32,000 nucleotides of DNA from Fastidiosibacter lacustris. GTDB taxonomy: Bacteria; Pseudomonadota; Gammaproteobacteria; Francisellales; Francisellaceae. The notes under the pieces are model-generated. The model ran no database searches. It was given only the letters and a program-made list of their open reading frames with translations, and was not told where the DNA came from. Positions 27,885-32,000 of the stretch are shown one piece after another; within the stretch, counting starts at the first letter, position 1; each line of letters begins with the position of its first letter. The stretch is taken from NCBI RefSeq assembly GCF_003428155.1, contig NZ_QLIR01000008.1, positions 30,001 to 62,000 of the forward strand. Reading direction: 5' to 3'. The position numbers and the translations under genes are program-made.

Positions 27885-28541
27885 ATGACGATGAAACTCT
27901 ATCTTTATCAACACTGTCCCTTTTGTATTCGCCCACGTATTGTAGCAGGCTTTAAAAAAATTCCACTTGAGCTTATTTTTCTTGCTAATGATGATGAGAA
28001 AGCACATCTGGATTTAATTGGGAAAAAACAAGTTCCCTTTTTGCAAAAAGAAAATGGTAATTTTTTAATCGAAAGTCTGGATATTTGCCAATATCTGAAT
28101 AACTTTGATAGAAAGCCAATATTGAGCCAAGAAATAGTCACTACAGACACACTTATCAAACTTATCAGCGATATAAACAATGCCAGTAAGTCAGTTGTTT
28201 ATCCACGCTTTATTAACCATCCACAAAATCACCAAGATTTTCCAACGCAAAGTGCCAAAGACTATTTTGAACATAAAAAAGAAAAATATATTGGTTGTTT
28301 CAAAGCAAATTTGCGCTTTCCACAAGCGTCTATCGATAAAACAACTCCATTGCTAGATGTACTCAACACATTCCTTACTCATCCATTTGCCAGCGGTGAT
28401 CAACTGTCTTGGGATGATATTATGCTCTTTCCAGTCTTACGCAACTTAACCATTATTCAGGATTTAATTACCATACCTAGTAAAGTCAAGCATTACATCA
28501 AGAACATTTGCCAATTAACGGGTATTCAACCCTATCAATGA
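27885..28541 (+). CDS. grxB: Glutaredoxin 2 (GST-like)
   Basis: MKLYLYQHCPFCIRPRIVAGFKKIPLELI and GKKQVPFLQKENGNFLIESLDICQYL. The start is probably 27885, not 27819. Confidence 0.87.
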   Translation: MTMKLYLYQHCPFCIRPRIVAGFKKIPLELIFLANDDEKAHLDLIGKKQVPFLQKENGNFLIESLDICQYLNNFDRKPILSQEIVTTDTLIKLISDINNASKSVVYPRFINHPQNHQDFPTQSAKDYFEHKKEKYIGCFKANLRFPQASIDKTTPLLDVLNTFLTHPFASGDQLSWDDIMLFPVLRNLTIIQDLITIPSKVKHYIKNICQLTGIQPYQ

Positions 28542-28544
28542 AAG

Positions 28545-29009
28545 CTATCCAATATCCTGTCGTAAGTTGTTGCAAGTCTGCACTGCAAGGTCCAATCCAT
28601 AACCTTGACGCAATAAATATTGAATACGCTTTTGTTTATCTTTTAAATCAGTGATGGGTTGATCATGATATTTTTCCCGATAACATAGTCTAGCTTCTTT
28701 AACCCAATCGATTTCAAGTAAAGATAATACCTTGCCTAACGTCGCAGGATCCACACCTTTTTCATATATAAGTTTTTGTTGAATCCGTAGCAATCCATAA
28801 TGCTTATTAAGACAGCTTGATACAACCATATGAGCATAGCGCAAATCAGACTGCCAACCGTTTTGAATAAACTCATCTAGTAAAGACTCTATTTGCTCTA
28901 ATGATAAATTTCCTCGAAGCTTAAGCTTTTGCTTAAGTTGTGCATACGAATAATCTTGCTTTGCTAAAAGATAAAGAAGATAAACTCGCTCAGAGTTGGT
29001 CTTTTGCAT
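28545..29009 (-). CDS. recX: Regulatory protein RecX
   Basis: About 154 aa with [36 protein letters not shown] and RRIQ-like repeats. It overlaps the recA 3' end. Confidence 0.85.
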   Translation of the reverse strand: MQKTNSERVYLLYLLAKQDYSYAQLKQKLKLRGNLSLEQIESLLDEFIQNGWQSDLRYAHMVVSSCLNKHYGLLRIQQKLIYEKGVDPATLGKVLSLLEIDWVKEARLCYREKYHDQPITDLKDKQKRIQYLLRQGYGLDLAVQTCNNLRQDIG

Positions 29010-30024
29010 CGTTAACGACAGATTGGTTTTTAGTTACGTTTGGCAATAGTTGTTCCAAGATGGTTTTATGTAAGCTCTCTTTTATTGTCAGATTTTCTTT
29101 TAAATATGCCCGCACATTATCCTTGCCTTGACCAATACGCTCTCCATTATAGCTATACCAAGCACCTGCTTTATCTATAATATTATACTTAACACCTAAA
29201 TCAATAAGCTCGCCTTCAAGCGAAGTTCCTTCACCATACAAAATATCAAAATCCGCTTGCTTAAATGGTGGAGAAACCTTATTTTTAACGACTTTCACCT
29301 TAGTCTCATTACCTAAAATTTCCTCCCCTTTTTTAATGGGACTACCACGTTTTATTTCTAAACGAACAGAAGCATAAAACTTAAGTGCATTACCCCCTGT
29401 CGTTGTTTCAGGATTACCAAACATTACACCAATTTTCATTCGAATTTGGTTAATAAACACTACCAGTGTATTAGAACGCTTGATATTGGCCGTAAGCTTA
29501 CGTAAGGCTTGTGACATTAAACGTGCCTGTAATCCCATGTGTGAATCACCCATTTCGCCCTCGATTTCTGCTTTTGGTGTCAACGCAGCAACAGAATCAA
29601 TTACCACGATATCAACTGCACCTGAACGCACCAACATATCAACAATCTCTAACGCCTGCTCTCCTGTATCTGGTTGCGAAACTATGAGATTTTTAAGATC
29701 AACTCCTAATGCTTCGGCATAAACAGGATCAAGTGCATGTTCCGCATCGACAAACGCGGCCGTACCACCATTTTTTTGACATTGTGCAATCGCTTGTAAA
29801 GTTAAAGTTGTTTTACCTGAAGACTCCGAACCATATATTTCAACAACGCGCCCTTTTGGTAAACCGCCAACACCAAGAGCAACGTCTAATCCAATCGAAC
29901 CAGTTGAAATCACTTCAATGTCTTTGACTAAATCTGTGTCCCCCATGCGCATAATGGAGCCTTTCCCAAATTGCCTTTCAATCTGTGTCAATGCGGAATT
30001 TAATGCCTGTTCTTTATTGCTCAT
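28990..30024 (-). CDS. recA: Recombinase A
   Basis: [68 protein letters not shown]. Confidence 0.98.
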   Translation of the reverse strand: MSNKEQALNSALTQIERQFGKGSIMRMGDTDLVKDIEVISTGSIGLDVALGVGGLPKGRVVEIYGSESSGKTTLTLQAIAQCQKNGGTAAFVDAEHALDPVYAEALGVDLKNLIVSQPDTGEQALEIVDMLVRSGAVDIVVIDSVAALTPKAEIEGEMGDSHMGLQARLMSQALRKLTANIKRSNTLVVFINQIRMKIGVMFGNPETTTGGNALKFYASVRLEIKRGSPIKKGEEILGNETKVKVVKNKVSPPFKQADFDILYGEGTSLEGELIDLGVKYNIIDKAGAWYSYNGERIGQGKDNVRAYLKENLTIKESLHKTILEQLLPNVTKNQSVVNDAKDQL

Positions 30025-30133
30025 GACTACCCTTAATGTAATGAAACTGACGAGATAAAAATATCGACTTAATGTACCATATTATGCGTGGCGAACAAAA
30101 GAGATATAGAAGAAATCAGTGTGATTTTATATG

Positions 30134-31120
30134 TCATAGCTTTACAGTATTAAAATCGATTAAAATATCGTTGATTAAATCAAAAATGTCAGCGCATCGA
30201 TTAGGGTGATTATTGAAGTCTGATCTCTTAAGACAATCAAGCAGAGATAATAAATTCAATAGGTTTAAAGTTCTACGCCAATTCCCAAGTAATTTAATCC
30301 CACCATCCCTCAATCCATTTAGAAAAGTAGTTTGAAACTCTGATGGCATTTTATGAGCGTATCTAAGCATGTTAGCAACATCCCATAGAACTGATCCTGA
30401 AAAAGCGAATTCCCAATCTAAAATACCAACCACTTTCCAAACACCATTAATTTTGTCTACCAAAATATTTGCTGGATCGAAATCGCCATGAACAAGATTT
30501 TTTTCGCTTTCCCTAGGGAACATATAGCTGTATTGACTAAAAATTTCGTTAATTACTGAAATCATTGCTGGCGTAAGCACAGATAAAATGGTTTCATGCT
30601 TTAAGCAATCTTGAGCAAAACTCAAATAATCATTAGATGATTCATGAGGAATAACTCTTAATTTTTTATCCAAGAATCCTGCTTGTGGAAATTCATAAGA
30701 TGCAATTTTTGAAAGAATTATGCCTACCTTATAGATGATTAGGCTGATCTCATGTGAAGCATCCCTCCTTAACAAAAGATCTCGAAGAGAAATTCCTGGC
30801 ATAAACTCAGTAATTGCAAAACTATACTTTTCAAGTATGCCTGTATAATACGTCAGTGGTACTGGTATATTTTGTTTTAATAATGTTGCTAATTTTTGCT
30901 CACGGTAAACCGCGTCCCTATCGCGCAAATAAAGACGCAAAATTAAAGGTTGTTTTTTATCTTCAAGTAGAAACTTGATGTTAAGGTTAGCACAACCACC
31001 AGCGGTGAACTGAAAAGAATTGAGCTTTTGGTCGGGATAGGCAAGCCGTACCATTTTTTCTATAACACCTTCTGATAATTCATGTGTAATGCTTGTTTTT
31101 TCCCAATTAGCTTTAAACAT
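30134..31120 (-). CDS. Phosphotransferase (aminoglycoside/choline-kinase-like, APH family)
   Basis: FTAGGCANLNIKF, LVHGDFDPANILVDK (Brenner motif-like) and VVGILDWEFAFSGSVLWDVANMLRY. Confidence 0.78.
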   Translation of the reverse strand: MFKANWEKTSITHELSEGVIEKMVRLAYPDQKLNSFQFTAGGCANLNIKFLLEDKKQPLILRLYLRDRDAVYREQKLATLLKQNIPVPLTYYTGILEKYSFAITEFMPGISLRDLLLRRDASHEISLIIYKVGIILSKIASYEFPQAGFLDKKLRVIPHESSNDYLSFAQDCLKHETILSVLTPAMISVINEIFSQYSYMFPRESEKNLVHGDFDPANILVDKINGVWKVVGILDWEFAFSGSVLWDVANMLRYAHKMPSEFQTTFLNGLRDGGIKLLGNWRRTLNLLNLLSLLDCLKRSDFNNHPNRCADIFDLINDILIDFNTVKL

Positions 31121-31440
31121 ATTACAGACTCCGTTTTAAACACTAACCTACCCCGCGCATTTGAGACACTTTTGAATTTTCAACTCCATCATATTTTCCA
31201 ACTGTTTTGAAGTCATGTAATTTATTGGTCAGGATAAACGGGTAATATTGTCTTTTAGAAATTATCAAATAAATCACTCATAATTTAACAAATACAAAAA
31301 TCTTATCACTTGTTACCTTTTCTCTACAAATCAATAGATATTTGTCTCATTTACTGCCAAAATAAATTAAAATGATTGAGGTTGCAACTAATCTATAGCC
31401 ATTTACATTCAGCTAGCTATTAGCTTCATACAAACTAAAG

Positions 31441-31830
31441 TTAAACGCGACAAAAAGAAATATTGTAGCTTGTTGCCTGTGGTGTTGGAGCACTAAATGT
31501 TATGGTTTTTTGCAAGTCTCCATACAGTTCAACTGGCGTCCATGGTTGTAACTGCCCCACATTAAATCCATTTTTATCTAGCCATTGCACCTGGTATTGA
31601 AATTGCTGGTTGGACGATTTTTTATTCTCTACGATCACTTGCCCTTGCAGCGTATCACCAGCAGAAGTTCTTGTACTTAACTGAATAGCCTTTAACTGAC
31701 CAAAACCTGAGCCAAAGCTCTGTGATGTATTGGCATTTGCAGGCATGGTAATACAGCGACTTGCACATCCTGTTAATACCATTACCATCACTCCCACAAA
31801 ACCCACATTCTTCAAACTTCTGACATTCAT
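31441..31830 (-). CDS. YcfL/DUF1425-like lipoprotein
   Basis: Lipobox VLTGCAS and YQVQWLDKNGFNV...WTPVELYG. Confidence 0.7.
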   Translation of the reverse strand: MNVRSLKNVGFVGVMVMVLTGCASRCITMPANANTSQSFGSGFGQLKAIQLSTRTSAGDTLQGQVIVENKKSSNQQFQYQVQWLDKNGFNVGQLQPWTPVELYGDLQKTITFSAPTPQATSYNISFCRV

Positions 31831-31860
31831 GCTAGTCTCCTGTTTTATTGACATCTTTTA

Positions 31861-32000
31861 CTACTCAGACAAGAAACTCTTTAGCGTTTCTGAACGTGAT
31901 GGATGTCTAAGTTTACGTAACGCCTTAGCTTCAATCTGACGAATACGCTCGCGTGTCACGTCAAACTGCTTACCTACTTCCTCTAAAGTGTGATCGGTAT
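31861..32000 (-). CDS. rpoD: RNA polymerase sigma factor RpoD, C-terminal part (5' end outside window)
   Basis: Reverse-strand translation [45 protein letters not shown] is region 4.2. Confidence 0.95.
   Translation of the reverse strand, partial: TDHTLEEVGKQFDVTRERIRQIEAKALRKLRHPSRSETLKSFLSE

Noticed and set aside
31148-31216. 22-aa minus-strand mini-ORF MTSKQLENMMELKIQKCLKCAG* with a Cys-rich end, considered as a transposase tail or small peptide.
   Set aside because: Too short to assign, with no flanking inverted repeats or target duplications seen, so no mobile element can be claimed.
1-32000. Search for tRNA/rRNA genes, prophage, IS elements, or canonical defence or secretion systems.
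   Set aside because: None could be recognised by eye. tRNAscan-SE, Infernal and ISfinder runs would be needed to exclude small or degenerate ones.

Overview
This AT-rich 32 kb window is mostly chromosomal and looks gammaproteobacterial. The gene content may suggest a Francisella/Thiotrichales-like lineage, but that is a low-confidence inference. From left to right it contains: (1) the 3' end of glnE. (2) A complete biotin locus, bioB-bioF-bioH-like-bioC-bioD on the minus strand, divergent from bioA, with a candidate BirA operator between bioB and bioA. (3) rlmI-like and mutM genes, then a short ORF resembling the heme-binding C-terminus of a cytochrome P450 and a HAD phosphatase. (4) A module made of an N-formylglutamate amidohydrolase-like domain fused to a DUF1704/QEGLA peptidase domain, a GshB-like ATP-grasp ligase, and a small unannotated ribbon-helix-helix-like reading frame. 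That frame is preceded by a perfect 22-bp tandem repeat made of paired CTGTAAW heptads. (5) rnhB, trmJ, suhB and rsmB. (6) A four-gene cyanophycin operon on the minus strand: full-length cphA, an ATP-grasp-less Mur-ligase paralogue (CphA'-like), cphB and an isoaspartyl peptidase. (7) A GC-rich intergenic segment that can fold. (8) lepB, rnc, truB, rnr and grxB. (9) recX/recA, an APH-like kinase, a YcfL-like lipoprotein and the 3' end of rpoD. The best hunt candidates are the RHH/heptad-repeat/ATP-grasp/amidohydrolase-peptidase module at 9603-12842, the CphA-CphA' operon, the 22740-22871 structured region, the BioH-like esterase with a non-canonical nucleophile elbow, and the P450 remnant. No CRISPR array, rRNA or tRNA was recognised. 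All calls come from reading the sequence by eye; no database search or folding program was run.
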